A DNA stretch of 63,981 bases, counting the filler, from Octopus bimaculoides (lineage: Eukaryota), in NCBI RefSeq assembly GCF_001194135.2. It is 10 parts of 9 records of this genome, joined end to end, with 100 filler letters (N's around TTAATTAATTAA, not from the genome) between each part and the next. Parts side by side here need not be neighbours in the genome. Positions count along the whole stretch, not along the records: positions 1 to 24,317 come from NC_068983.1; 9 more parts are not named here. One strand, written 5' to 3'. Below, piece by piece: positions 1-14,931 of this stretch (position 1 is its first letter; each line of letters opens with the position of its first letter). The notes under the pieces were generated by a model, which ran no database searches, had not been told where the DNA came from, and worked only from the letters and a program-made list of their open reading frames with translations. A program made the position numbers and the translations under genes.

Positions 1-369
1 ATATGTATATATATACATATATATATGTATATATATATGTATATATATATGTATATATATATGTAAATGTATGTATATGTATATATATATATATATATGA
101 ATATATATGTATGTATTTATGTATATGCATATATATATGTATATGTACATATATATATATACATATATATATACATATATACATATATATATATACATAT
201 ATATATGTATATATACTGTATGTGCATATATATACACACATATGTGTATATATATATATACACATATGTGTATATATATATACACACATATGTGTGTATA
301 TATATGTACACACATATACACACGCACACACACATAATATATGCATATATATATATATATATATATATA
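1..369. repeat. Complex (TA)n/(TACA)n microsatellite
   Basis: Directly visible; explains the YIYI/VCVC pseudo-ORFs. Confidence 0.95.
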
Positions 370-370
370 C

Positions 371-720
371 AGGCGCTGGTATCGGCGCTTTGTAAGAAGT
401 TTAAAGTTTATTTCCTAACCAAATGGTTTCGTGTGCAATCTCACTGCGTGGCACATTTGGTTCGCAATGGAGACTTAGGGCCGACCAAAACCTTTGTAGG
501 TGGATTTGGTAGACGGAAACTGACAGAAGCCCGTTGTATATGTCCCTGTGTGTATGTGTGTGTGTGTGTGTGTCTGTGCGTGTGTATGTGTGTCTGTGTG
601 TCTTCGTGTATGTTTGCCCCCACCACCGCCTGAAAACCGGTGTTGGTTTGTTCACGTCCCCGGAAGCAACTGCTTCAACAAAAGTGACCAGTAAAATACG
701 TATTTGTTCGACTAAATAAG
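371..720 (+). mobile_element. SINE family I (bipartite, internal microsatellite), degenerate copy
   Basis: Contains the family signature ggatttggtagacggaaactgacagaagcccg, then a (TG) tract and the ccggtgttggtttgttcacgtcccc second half, as in other copies in this window. Confidence 0.75.
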
Positions 721-1888
721 CTATATATATATATATGCTCGCCCACACACTCACTCAAAATATAACATCTAGTTTGTTGATCTGGGGAAGAAATCGGACG
801 CTGCAATAAGCACGGTAAATTTGTTTCAGCGCTAAGTTTGTTTTTAATTTCATCGAGTACTAGAAACATACGGTTCGTTTAACAGATAACCATGGCTGCA
901 CACACACACCAACCACATAGGGTTTAGACGATGGTTTCGACTTCAGGACGGCATTGCACATACGATTTAGTTACGGTTACGGGACATAAAGTAAACATCG
1001 AGTAAAAAGCATACACACGCGTACACGACGGGACCGTGTATGGATATATATGCAAGTGTTTGGTAGACAGAAACTGTGGACAAACCTGTCGAGTGTGTGT
1101 GTGAATACACACACACATATATATATATATAAATATATAAGCATGTTTGCGGGTGTGTTTATGTTAACAGCAGGCAAGAAACTGATGCGGTGTACACAGT
1201 CTGCCTTTATGTTCTTTATAGGACATAAAATACATATGTATGTATAAAAATGTGTGTGTATTTCATATATACACATACATGGTATATAACATCTAATGTA
1301 TAATATATATATATTAGATAGTAAATATTATGTACGTCTATGTATAATATCTATATCTCCATCTCACATATACGTATGTGCGTGCACACACATATAATAA
1401 ATTGCCGTATAAAAGCATAAAACATACAAGATCCTGACCCTCCCCGCTTACAACATGGTGTTGAGGTTTTTTTTAACACTTGGCTACAAGGGCACATGTT
1501 TTGAGAAGGAAACACTCTCGGGTAAATAATTCCCAATGCGTAGCTAAATCTTTATTGATCCCTTGAGATTGAAAGGCAATATCGACCCCGTCGAATTGAT
1601 GATGTTTTTAGCAGTATTTCTGACGTCTTATTTCATTATCACCAGCCGTAATATGAAATCAATATTTCTCTATTATCGTAATAAGAATACAAGAGGTTTC
1701 ACAACATAAACTTTTCAATCGTCGTCCTACATATCACTCTATAGAAGCCAAAAAAAAAAAAAACCCACCACAAAAAAAAAAACCACCACACAGAAAAAAG
1801 ACTCACTTGGTGTTGAGGATTTCGGTAAAAAAATTATGAATATTTTAGTCAGCTGTTGTGTTAATTAATTGACATACACACAAACACA

Positions 1889-2323
1889 GGCATGGCTGTG
1901 TGGTAAAATGTTTGCTTCTCATACTATATGGTTTCGGGTTCGGTCCCTCTGCATTGCACAAGTGCCTTCTACTATAGCCCTGGACTGAACAAAGCGTTGC
2001 GAGCGGATTTGGTTAAAAGGGGAACTGAAAGAAGCCCGTCATTATAGAATGCCGTAAATAATTGTTCAATAAAATTAAAGATGTGGAAAACCTCCGTTCT
2101 TCTGATTATCATCAATAGTATATGTATATATGTATATATTTGGGAGGGCGTGTGTGTGTGTGAATTTGTATCAGTCCCCCTCCACTGTTTGAAAAGCGGT
2201 TCGGGAAAAGATATCGATGGAATAAGTATCAGGCTTTAAATTAAAGTACTGGGGTCGAATCGTTCGACTAAACTTCTTCAAGGCGCTGCCCCAACATGGT
2301 CGCAGTCTAATAACTGGAACAAA
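1889..2323 (+). mobile_element. SINE family I copy
   Basis: Head tggctgtgtggtaa...ggttcgg, gaaactgaaagaagcccgtc-like core, tail gtactggggtcga...gctgccccaacatggtcgcagtctaa. Confidence 0.8.
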
Positions 2324-2618
2324 TGTCGAGACAGTGTTAAATTCTGTTTACCGAGACAACGTCGAATGACAACAATATGCGAGGTGGAATGATTAACACG
2401 TCAAAGAATGAACCTCACAACCTCTAGTATCTCAATTTTTCTTTTCTTCTTTTTTTTTTTGCAGTAGCCAGTCTGAAATAATCTCTGAGAAGACACACTA
2501 TTCTATTTAACCTATCGAACAAAAATATCATTAACGTGACTTTTGTTATCGTTAATGTTACTTAATCGATATTTGAGTAAGAGATCGATACTATCAGCGT
2601 TAATAATAACAATCATCA

Positions 2619-2820
2619 GAAGGCGGCGAGCTGGTAGAACCGTTCGCTCGCCGGGCAAAAATGATTAGCGGTATTTCACCCCATTTTCATGTTCTGAGCT
2701 CAAATTCCGTCGAGGTCAACTTTTCCCTTCATCCTCTCGGGGTCGAGCACTGGAGTCCACGTAATCGTACTTATCCCCTCACTCGAGATTATTGGCCTTG
2801 TGCCAAAATTTGAAACCAAT
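2619..2820 (+). mobile_element. SINE family II (tRNA-derived)
   Basis: ggcggcgagctggtagaaccgtt...gttctgagctcaaattccgtcgaggtcaac; similar to 32357-32780 and 48460-48670. Confidence 0.8.
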
Positions 2821-3916
2821 AACAACTATCATCACAATTAACAGTAGCTTTTTTTCTGTTATTATTTTTTTTACAAGCGATTGAGTAAGAGAAATGGTGA
2901 AGCATCAGAAAAAGAAAAAAAAAACTATCTCTATTTCGTTTTATACGTCTACGCCCCGAGTTTAAATCACACAGAGACCGACTGCGTCTTTCAAACTCTA
3001 CAGGAAGGATAAAATTGAAGTGCCGATACAATGACCATTGACTTGGTCAAATATGTCCCTTCTGCTCCAATTTGAGGCCTTGTGCTAATGAAAGGAATTA
3101 TTATTGGTGTTATTGATTTACGGTATCTACTTTGCTATCCTTTCAAAGAGATAAAATAAATAATAGTGATACATCGATTTTTTTTAATGGATGATAATAA
3201 TATAAGTATTCTTTAGATAACGAGATATAACATGTTTAGTAGGGAGAAATGGGAAGTTAGTGATGATTTTGAAACAAACACAAAAAAAAAATGACAACTT
3301 TTAGTTCCCATAAACAAAAAATAAAGGAAAAGAAGTAGTTTTTCAATACTTATTTATCTAAGAAACAATTAAATTACGAAACATGCGCCGTAAAGTAATT
3401 AAGATTCAGCGAGCCGTATCTGCTAGCTGGTTTCGATACCCGTCCGAAAGCATTTCACATGCCTGCTAAAAGGCTTGTAAAAGAAGCACGAAAAAAAATT
3501 TTTTTATGATGTTACAGATATGGAAAAAAGAAAGAAAAAAAAGAATAATAAAAAAGGTATCTTATCAAGAGAAAACAATCTAAAGGGGTTGCATGAAAAT
3601 AAAAGTGTGAATCAGATCATTTATGCCATAACCTCGTATTATGTTGTATTTTTACTTATCAACATCATAACATATTTTTTTGTTATCGACGATGAATCGA
3701 AACATTGAGCTTTCGGATTCTAGAATTACTACCTTTTTGTTCATTTCATCCTATCTTCTTTAATACTTTTCCCAGTTCCTTTTTTTTTTTTTTTTCGCTG
3801 ATTTTTTCCCTCCGCTCTTTTTTACCATCCTAATAACATACAAACAGGCGCGCGCGCACACATATCGTAACAATAATTAAATCGAAACGATCAGGAAACT
3901 GCAAATGACCACTTAC

Positions 3917-3957
3917 CCTCCTCCACTTGTATAGGCGAACAATGTACTTATCGGCAT
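3917..3957 (-). CDS. Candidate first exon (MPISTLFAYTSGG), minus strand
   Basis: ATG at 3957, open frame to a perfect donor GG|gtaagt (plus-strand acttac 3911-3916). No homology recognised. Confidence 0.2.
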
Positions 3958-4024
3958 GTCGTTTAGATTCTCATTGCATGTGTGTGTGTATGTATGTGCG
4001 AGTGTTATAGTCCGTTTTTCCTTT

Positions 4025-4060
<36 letters not shown>

Positions 4061-4384
4061 TCCGTTTTCTTTTCCGATATATATATATATGTGTGTGTAT
4101 ATTTATATATATATATATATACGAAAGCCTATGTCGGCACAAAACAGTGACCAGAAAGAAAAAAAAAATAATAACACAGATCAGTTGCAACGATATGTGA
4201 ATAACATCATGGACAGAAACCCCTTCATAAGAGATCTCCAAGCCCTGCCAGCCGACAGCAGATACACAGACAGACACAGGAAGATAGGAGCAAAGAATGT
4301 CGTGCGGTAGCGTGTAGAGGAAAAAAGAGAGAGAGAGGGAGAAAGAGAGAAGGGGGGAGGAATATAAAGAAAGCCGGCAGTTGG

Positions 4385-4494
4385 ATGAATGAGGGGGAGA
4401 AAACGGCAGCAGTAACAACAACTATAACGACGACAGACGTTTCGGAGCGGTCTGGGATATTTGATAATAGCGATGTTATTGCTGTGATCGTGGA
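4385..4494 (+). CDS. Candidate first coding exon (MNEGEKTAAVTTTITTTDVSERSGIFDNSDVIAVIV), product unknown
   Basis: ATG at 4385 after a GA-rich UTR-like stretch; 110-nt open frame ending at a perfect donor GA|gtaagt (4495). Downstream exons not identified. Confidence 0.4.
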
Positions 4495-7400
4495 GTAAGT
4501 GGCAAGTGCTTGAAATGAGATGAGTCAGCAACTCGGTTTCGATTCTTCTGCTGTTTACTTCAGTAGATATATTATTGTCTTTTAGATAGGCATAAAAAAA
4601 CTGTATAATCATAATTCCTCTTTTTCTATCTATGAGAAGGTAGCAAACTATAAAAGAATTTATTAGTTTTGAATGGTTATCGTCAGGGCATGGCGGAAAA
4701 AGAAAGGAAAGAAAAAAAAAACGACTCTATTTGGACGAGTACAACTCTGTCTCGATTTCCAAGGTGTGAAAATCACAACATCCCGACACACCTTATAAAT
4801 TTTAGGCTTTATTCACTACATTGGGTTAATATTAACGAAGTCGTAGTTTTGTAGTCTGCTCACATTCATTAATTAAAAAAAAAATCTTTTTTTTTAAAGT
4901 CACATTTCCGAGTTGAAGTCTGATCGGATCAAAATTTGGCTTTTGTATCTCTAGAACCAATAAGATAAATAAAAGTGAGAACAGAATCAATTCAAAAATG
5001 ATTTCCCTAAGTAATATAAAAAGGAATATTTATGCAGTATGTAGAGACTCTGTAAGTGAAATCCAGTTTCGATTCTCAATTAAATCTATATCATTTCAAT
5101 CACTTGACCTGTGACATTGAGGAAATTATTCCCATTTCTTGCTTCATACAAATCGCAAGCTTTCATGCCATTTAAGAAATAACTATTCTTGCCTTTTATA
5201 CAAGCAACTTTCGATTCTCACTTCGAGCTACCCTTTGTTTTTTTACACCACAACTGTTGTTGGAAGAGGCATGGTTGCCACAACAACCCGTTTGTTACAC
5301 ATTATTGAGGGGTTTTGTGTTTATGTAAATAAAAATAAAACTGTAAAGAGAACATGTTTTCAGTGACGTGAATCAGTAAACCAGTTTTAATTCATAACAT
5401 CAGTAAGCGCAAGGACAACACACCAGAAGGATTGACAGATGGAGAGATAACGAAAGGGAGATTTTGTATATTTTCGGAAAGAATATGGTCAGCTCCGTTT
5501 GATTTACTAGTCTGGAATATTATAATAAAGGAATTGCACGGAAGAATCGATTTCCCTTTCTCAAAGAAAAAAAAAATTAAAAGGATTATTTGGTTTTTAT
5601 CGCTTGCAATAAATAAAATATAGAATGCTTCAATTAAACAGAAACAAACAAAATCTGCTAATTGAAAATTGTTAACAAATAGTGGTTGACAATATTAGCA
5701 TTTCAAGCGTCAATGCGTGGTTATATCATCAACACAAGGTTAACTAAAAAAAAATTACCACAACCATCAAAGATGTGATTATATATATATATATATATAT
5801 ATACATACATGCACACACGCAAGCGTGCGTGTGTGAGTTTACGCGCATGCATGTGTGTGCTTGTGCGTGTGTGTATATATATATACAAACACACACACAT
5901 TTGTATGTGTTTTATATATTTGGTAACAAGGCATATACCCACTCCACGGTACATCATTAGTCTTATATGGGATCACACACACACATGAACACTAGCACAC
6001 ACACAACACATTCATCGATATAGATACATGCATACGCAAATGTATGTCTCCCGCTTCATGAACTGCACGAGCGAACGTGCGCAATTTGTGTGTGTGTGCA
6101 TTTTCTCTGAAGAACTTAACTTTACAACTTCATAAATACCGATAAAAAAAAAACAAAAAAACTTGTTTTAGGTACAAATCTTTTTTTTCTATTGTTTTCT
6201 AAAATTTGAAGATGTACACAAAATACATAACCACAAATAGAATAGCTAGCTGTATATTAGAAATCGTGTTTTCTGCGTATGTGTGAGGACTACTTCAACA
6301 TTTAAAGAAATGCTTTCATGTAAAATATGTTAAAAGTTTAAAACGGCCGGTTTCAGACAAATCGTTCATTGACTTTGTCCCGTTGACTATGAAAATGTAC
6401 TGCTAACGTATTTCTTGTGATATAAACGGCTTTCATTAGTAAACAGATACAAAGAACTCTCGATTGAATTATTTTCTGCAGCAGTTGCTTCACGCAAAAC
6501 ACGGATCGAGATGTAAACAATAAAATCTCCTTACATAAACGCAAGGTTTTGTGGGTATATAGAAAGGTACAGATATACGACTGAATGCCTCGTATTCTTA
6601 TAAGAGGCCTTGTGGTGTTAATTAAAGTGAATTGATTTCAAAATCAGGTTTGCGGAATGACTTGTCGGGCGCTTACCTCTAATGTCTCTTGTAGATTATT
6701 GATTTTACATAGACACAAGACGTCAAGTTTCTAAGGTACAGAAAAAAAAAGGGGAGACCGTGATTTTTGTCTTATTATTACCATTGATTAACTGACAAAG
6801 GTATCTTAGCCTTCCATTCCTCTAGGCTCGATAAAATAAGAGTAGCTGTCAAGTACAGCGATCGACGACATCGGCTACACCCTTCATATAATATTACCGA
6901 CCGCATGTCTACGTTAGAAAGTCGGCCTTTCATCCTTCCGGATCGATACAATAAGTACCAGTTAAGTCCTGGAGTCGATTTAATTGACTAGTACCCCCAC
7001 CCCCAACTTTTCAGACCTTGTGTCTATATTAAAAAAAAACAACAATTATCAAAGTGGTAAGTGGTAGAACAATAAGAAAGCATTATCATTATTAATACTA
7101 ATATTATGTTATATACTCATTGACGAGAATGTAAAATAGCAAAACCAAATATATTAAAATCCGTACTAATATTTATTTTAATTGTTTGTTCTGTATATTG
7201 TCAACTAGTGGTATTTATGTAGATCGGAATAGTGTAAATCGGAACAGTGGCGTATGTGTATGTGTGTACATGCATGTCTGTGTAGAATATACAACACGTA
7301 AAAAAATTACACCTCTGGTAACAAATTTGAAGATTATAGAGATTTCTCTATGAGAAAGCCTTGTTCTTAAGAATACACACACACACGGGCGCGCATAATG

Positions 7401-7535
7401 TTATTCCTAAATTATTTGCTATACCTATAGTATATATAATATAGAAAATATATATCCATATCATTTACATAAATATCATGTATATTAATATATATGTATA
7501 TATCACATATACGGACATACATGTATAGCATAATT

Positions 7536-7604
<69 letters not shown>

Positions 7605-7637
7605 ATATGTATATAGTATATAATATACATGTCTGTA

Positions 7638-7713
<76 letters not shown>

Positions 7714-8399
7714 CATATACAGAAGATGCGTGTGTATGCGTTGGTGCGTATTATTTGCGGATTTGTTAGCATACATGTGTTTGTATTTATATATGCACAC
7801 ACTTGTTTTTGAATGCACACATGCACACTTACCGCTTACACACAATCTTACAAGTAAGTTTGTATTTATAAATACGTATCATTTTATCATTTTCAATGCA
7901 CCCCCCCACACACACACACACAAATATTTTCATAAGAATTTATATTGATTATTGAATTGTTTAATAGAAATTTTAAAGTGTTATACACAAAAGCATCTTT
8001 AGCAAGCTCAGTATCAAAATGATTTAAACTTTCCGCAAAACGCATTCATAAACACACACACGTGAGTGTGTGCGTGTGGGTCCCCGCGCAGCCTTAAATA
8101 TAATAAACCCTTGGCGTCAAATACTCTAATATTGTGATAGTACTCTCAGTCCAGTCACTAAGCGATTCATTCTTATACCACAAATTTCATTAGATCCAAA
8201 ACAAGGAACATTATTCCGATCGAGGCCCTACTTTTACGCATCTATGTAGAGACATACATTTCGCGAAAGTGCTCATCGCCGCGTGTTCATAACAATATTT
8301 GTAAACAACTGAATCGCCTGTACAGACGAGGAGTGTCTGTCTTGACTTGCAACAGAGTATGTTTACGAAAAGTTGAACATGAAATATCGAAACAAAGAT

Positions 8400-8800
8400 C
8401 TATTGAATGACCAAACTATGAACGGGTAGAAGAGGTGTTTTTAAGAAAACTGAGGCACCAGATTTGGCAGGGTGAAAATAGAATAATGCTACAAACCAGA
8501 TGTATCCTGGCGCACCCCGATATAAATGAATGAATACATCAACGGGTAGCCAGTGCAAATAATAGAGAATTATAAACCTGTCAAATATTTTGTATGCAAT
8601 AATGCCACGAAATGCAGACGGATATTTATCACTAATCCAAATAAATACAAAAGATCGCTAATCAATCGTTGGAGCAATCTGAAAATACAGAAACTATGTA
8701 ACGGGTACATCTAAACAGATCTAACGAATGGTGAACGGTTACTGATACGCATAAATCCATGATGCTAACAAGAAATATTTTGAAATCAATACAGAAAGAT
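8400..8800 (+). mobile_element. Highly degraded non-LTR retrotransposon fragment (R4/Dong-like?)
   Basis: Broken frames give ERVEEVFLRKLR...GENRI and MLTRNILKSIQKD, loosely like the post-RT region of R4-clade ORFs; many stops and frameshifts. Confidence 0.3.
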
Positions 8801-8980
8801 ATCTCTGCAAGGCACCGTTAAGGGGTTAGCCTATCAGCAGTAAACTATCCGACAGTATTATGGGCGCATGTACTTACAAAACAACCATAAGTACAACATT
8901 ACTGGTTTCTGTTGGAGTTGAGAACTACAAGCAGGGACATTTTCCCCCACTAATGTGCGTATATCTCATATATACATACA

Positions 8981-9059
<79 letters not shown>

Positions 9060-9061
<2 letters not shown>

Positions 9062-9262
9062 GTCCCACACCTCTACCGCTTGTGTTGGTGCGTTTATGTC
9101 CCCGTAACTTAGTAATTCGGCAAAAAGGATAGACAGAATAAGTACCAGGCTTCAAGCAAAAAGTACTGGGGGGGGGGTCGATAAATTCGGCTATAAATTC
9201 TTCAAGGCAGTGCCCCAGCATGACCGCAGTCTAATGACTGAAACAAGTAAAAGATTAAAAAG
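9060..9262 (+). mobile_element. SINE family I, 3' half
   Basis: gtttatgtccccgtaacttagtaattcggcaaaaag...aagtactgggg...ccagcatgaccgcagtctaatgactgaaacaagtaaaag. Confidence 0.85.
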
Positions 9263-10046
9263 AATACACACACACACACGTGTGTGAATGTATGTATGTA
9301 TGTATGTAAGATACTCGAGGCTGCTACACCTAGCGTTACGTAACATTCAAGGAGTACGCTACCAGTTGAATTCTTCCAACAAGTAGCTAAGTACCTTTGT
9401 GATAATATACGTATGGGATAAATGAATAGAGCCTAGCAGATTTACCATTTTATACAAACAACGGACAACTTTTCAGTATGGAAACGAACAAAAGTAAACT
9501 TCACACGGCTCTGAAACCCACAAAAGTACTTAATAAATGCTGATATAAGTGTTTAACATGCAATGACTGTTTAACTAGTGTTACAAAACTTGTACAGAAT
9601 CTTCACACGGGTACCTTACCTCCAGTGTAACAGTATGAGAGGATTATCTTAATAAGGTTAGAGATATACTGAATATACTACATGCATGAATGGATTCTTG
9701 CAAATACCGAAGATGTGTGGAGACCTTCTCAAGAGGGGACCTTGCAATTACTATATATGTACGGAGTTGACAAAATGAGTGTTTAACTATTATGGACAGT
9801 GGATATAACTGAGAGGCAAAGATCCTCATCAATGTCTATGAAATAGAACTTGTGAACTCTGTTTTTGTATCGTAGGTTAGTAATTGTGAATAATGAGTAT
9901 GAGTGGGTGTCTTATGGTACTTCGGTTAATTATATTTTCCGTGTGTTGAAACAGGTTCGAGATCATCCAGGATCTGACTCAGTGTGTATACCATAAGTTA
10001 AATATACACACATACATACATGCATACATACATACATACATACATT

Positions 10047-10086
<40 letters not shown>

Positions 10087-10117
10087 CTTGGAGATGGATG
10101 CGTGACGTTCATTTAAA

Positions 10118-10208
<91 letters not shown>

Positions 10209-11057
10209 GTATGTGTGTATCTATGTATGTATGTATATATATATCGATAGATAGATAGATAGATAGATAATATGTGTGCGGGCGTGTAAACATCTTTATA
10301 ACTATAATCATACATAAATTCTACACACACCTTTAGGACTCTATTTGTACTATTGCAAGAAGTACATCTTGATATGCTTCACAATGATGTTTACAATATT
10401 TATATTCCTCAAGAATATAGTAGTGATGAAGAAATTAAGTCATGTAGTCAGAATTCTGAACCCACAAGTCTCAAAAGATATCAAAACAAAATAACTATTC
10501 CATGGGCATAGCTTTAAAGAATAGCTTTCAATTTTATGAGCGTACAGAGAAAAAGATGTTTTTGTATAACATATAAGGTACATCTATCAATTTTCTCTCT
10601 CATATATATGTGTGTGCGTGTGTACACGCGCACGTATTTGTGAATGCATGCATGCGTGAGTGTGTGTTTACATCTGTGCGTATTTGTGCACGCGAGCACA
10701 CGTGCGCGCATAGAACAGAAACACAACTCAATTCGTCTTAACAAATGCAACGACGGACCGAGCAGAGGAGCAAACTATTTAAAACTAATTTTTGGTAGTC
10801 ATAGAAATAAACAGACTATTATTATATACATATATACATACATACATACATACATATGATTATCATTATTATTATTATTATTATTTTAAAAAATCGGGAC
10901 TATGAACAGAAGCTCACCGAAACAGACAAAAAGCCTAACAATACAGTAATTATCAATTTACCTGTTAAATAACTAGATATTTGATAAATCAAAATTAATC
11001 AGTCCTCACTTATTTAGAGCAATATATGTCTCTCATATCATATACCTACATACACAC

Positions 11058-11122
<65 letters not shown>

Positions 11123-12187
11123 NNNNNNNNNNNNNNNNNNNNNNNNNNNNNNNNNNNNNNNNNNNNNNNNNNNNNNNNNNNNNNNNNNNNNNNNNNNNNN
11201 NNNNNNNNNNNNNNNNNNNNNNNNNNNNNNNNNNNNNNNNNNNNNNNNNNNNNNNNNNNNNNNNNNNNNNNNNNNNNNNNNNNNNNNNNNNNNNNNNNNN
11301 NNNNNNNNNNNNNNNNNNNNNNNNNNNNNNNNNNNNNNNNNNNNNNNNNNNNNNNNNNNNNNNNNNNNNNNNNNNNNNNNNNNNNNNNNNNNNNNNNNNN
11401 NNNNNNNNNNNNNNNNNNNNNNNNNNNNNNNNNNNNNNNNNNNNNNNNNNNNNNNNNNNNNNNNNNNNNNNNNNNNNNNNNNNNNNNNNNNNNNNNNNNN
11501 NNNNNNNNNNNNNNNNNNNNNNNNNNNNNNNNNNNNNNNNNNNNNNNNNNNNNNNNNNNNNNNNNNNNNNNNNNNNNNNNNNNNNNNNNNNNNCTCTCGC
11601 ATTAATTCTCTTTGTTTTTTGTTTTGTTGTTTATTTTCTTCTATTTATTTCATTTACCTCTCTATGTTTATTTCTTGCCTCTACTGTCAAAGTATCTTGC
11701 ATTTGTTATGTCCATCCACATAACATTCTTAGCAGGACGAGATTATCTTCTGAAACAAGCAAAAAAAGCATCGGCCAACAAACAAACAAACAAACGATCG
11801 GACACCGACTTCTGTTTCGCAATATAACGTGTGCGTGTGTGTGTGAGAGAGAGAGAGAGCGAAAGAGATTCTATCATGAATGAAGCGAAATGTATTATAT
11901 ATAACCAAATTATTATGCATCAACGTTAAGGTATTTTTAAGTGGTATTTTTCAAATATACTCAGTATTGAAATGCATGTTCACATGTCTTAATATATCTA
12001 TATGCACGTACTTTCACTATTAAATTACGTCGGTATTTGTGTGTGTATGTGTGTGTGAATGTATAATGCATATATAAACCCGTGAACATCTGTATTTACA
12101 TGTAGTTTCATTATATTCATAGTCATGAATATAAATTTATCAATGAAAATGTGTTGTTTTTTTTAAATCTCTGCTATACACACACAC

Positions 12188-12224
<37 letters not shown>

Positions 12225-13983
12225 ACATACATACATACATACATACATATAGATATATTAACATGTCTAAACTAAAATAACAGTACGTGTATATAATTTA
12301 TCAAATTTCTGTCTATTACTGATAGGAACAATGTTTGAAATTTAAGAAAAACACATAAATATTAAACATAAGGTAGACCAGAGTTCTAAAGTTTTGTTTT
12401 AAGAAAAACTACGAAAGAAACAAAAAAATTCAGTTAAACGATCTGTAAATTTAGAAGTGGAAGTGCGCGCTAAAAGTTCTAGTTTCCGGAGATGTGTTTT
12501 TTATTATTCTTTTTTATTTCGTCCGTATCTGCATATGTATGGACACGCAGACAGACGGACAGAGGTAGAATGGCCGAAGACAAGCAGCTGGACAATTAGT
12601 ATGAATGATGCAAGTGCTTGTGTCGACACTGGACAATATAACAGAAGAGTCGGCGGCAGTGAGTAAATAACAACACCATTAGAACGGAACGGTGTTATTT
12701 AAGGCGCTCAGCATGCAAGTAAGTCGTGTAAAGACAGATGGACGATGGCTGCTGCTTCCAGTTATGTAAACCATGCATGTGTGCATTGGCAAAACGACAA
12801 GGATGCCAATGCAGGCAGTCGTATTAACAGCACTACCATTGTATGGACACCTTTTAGTCAGTGTATTAGGTTCCTAAGAGGGAAGATGTCTCACGTACCA
12901 AATACAGCTATACACATGCATATACATCTATCTATCGATCGATCGGTCGATCGTTCAATCAATCGATAGTCGGTTAGATTCAGATAATCACTGTATTACG
13001 ATAAAAAAAAAAGGTAGACACAGATAAATACTGCATTATGTTTGATATTATATATTATGTATGTAGGTAGATTATTCAGTTGATTGATTAATACGGGGGA
13101 TTACAGATAAATAAACGGTCGTATAGAATAACAAAATTTACGAGACAGCTATACGGATTCACGTATTAAAGACATTAGATCAATAGATAAATACACAGTA
13201 TTTTGACCGATAGACATAAATATTAAACAGACAATTTGACATTAGATAGAAAAACAAATAAACAGAGAAAAACAGGGAAAATAGACGGAGATATATATAG
13301 GAAGATAATTTGACAGGTAGAAAGATAAGATCAATGAACGAATAAAATACTATAGAAACTGAACTTAAGCTACAATTCCTTCTTGGCGAAAGGATTTGGA
13401 AAATTAAAGGAGATGGAGAGATAGAATGATAATAATAATAATAAAAAAAACGAGGGCGAAATGTGATTTCTTTAGTCTGTAAAGCAATATATAGATTAAA
13501 GGAAAATGGTGCTTCCATGCTGCAACCTGTATGCTGGAACTTGTCTTACACATCTGACCATCAACATCATCACCTACACCACCACTACCACCAACACCAG
13601 CAACTGCTGTGGTAGAAGAAAAAACACTACCTCTGGCACCAAAGCTTCGGTGCCAGACATGTAACGAATGATTGTTTCGGATCTGGTCAATCACATCTCC
13701 CTCGATCAACATCACCACCTTGCTTGCTCTCGGACTGTACTATAAATTTTCAAGGTGATGACGAAGAAGGCGGATGAAATTGATATTGAATGAAATAATA
13801 ACAGAACGAACAATGATCGTGTTACAATAATAATAATAATAACGATGATGATAATGATAGTAATATAGAAAGAGCCGGTCTTGATGTTAATAATAATAAA
13901 CAATAACAATAAAGCATGCCGTGGAAAAGAAAGAAATCGTTGTAACTTACCCCATGTATAATCCATTCATCGTGGTGGTGATG

Positions 13984-14022
<39 letters not shown>

Positions 14023-14685
14023 AACGACGTCGGAGTGTCAGCAGAAATCAACGAGAAAATGTCCGGTGTGTGTGTGTCTGTATGTATATGTATGTTGATG
14101 TGTGTGTCATAAAAACTTAGTAGTTTCTTATCTTTGCATTGCTGGTGACATACACGCACACATGTTCATATATACATATATGTATATACATCTATTGAAA
14201 AAGAAAGAAAGAAATCTATACACATGCGCGTATACATGGGAGAAATACGTTAAATATCTACAAATGCATATATACATAAATGAATATATATGTATATCCA
14301 TAGAGAGAGCAGAGAGTCGGCGGTTATGGCAGAAATTAGAAGAGGGCCGACTTGTGCCAGTCCATTTTGACTATCTTCTTTGCTTGTCTGATTACTACCT
14401 CGCTGCACGTATGGCATCCTCTCTTTAGCATTCCCTCGGGCCAACTTGCTGCCACCGCTACGCTCTGCCCGTCACCACCACCCACCGACTCACCGCCGCT
14501 GCCGTCACCAGTACCTGCCGACACCCCTCCTCTCTAACTATGCACTCTTCCGAAATCCAAACTGCATTTTTTCTCTCTCTTTTAGTTTTTTTTTTTGTCT
14601 CTCTCTCTCTCTCCCTCCCTAAGCTATAAACGTAGATGAAAAAAAAATAATGATGACTCCGTTTGTGGTGGACAACAACAATAAA

Positions 14686-14716
<31 letters not shown>

Positions 14717-14745
14717 TAAAAAAATGTAAATGGTATTATCCTCAG

Positions 14746-14931
14746 GCAAACATCGGAAAAGGGTTAAATCTGTGGGCTGGCGGGTCTTATCTGAGGTTTG
14801 GAAAGACAAAGGAAGAATCTGAAAAACAAGGTTCAGTCCGTGAATGCAAGACCAAAGAGGCCTCGTCGACCTTTAGGACAGTCAGTAGTAGCAGCAGGCT
14901 TGTCCAAGAGGTACGGTGTCGGAAGAATCAG
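14746..14931 (+). CDS. Candidate internal exon (ANIGKGLNLWAGGSYLRFGKTKEESEKQ...)
   Basis: cag acceptor at 14745, 62 open codons, donor CAG|gtatcc. Short pyrimidine tract, no homology recognised. Confidence 0.2.

Noticed and set aside
9640-9875. Protein-like stretch (DYLNKVRDILNILH/EWILANTEDVWRPSQEGTLQLL)
   Set aside because: Needs frameshifts and has stops and no coherent splice sites; faint similarity to non-LTR RT suggests old LINE debris.
10337-10511. Possible terminal exon ([22 protein letters not shown]...IPWA*) after cctttag
   Set aside because: Two frames are open, no linking exon was found, and it has weak resemblance to the RT YMDD region; unresolved.
13500-13760. Pro/His/Thr-rich coding-like segment; similar at 14330-14537
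   Set aside because: All frames are interrupted, it is driven by (CAC/CCA) low complexity, and there are no convincing splice pairs.
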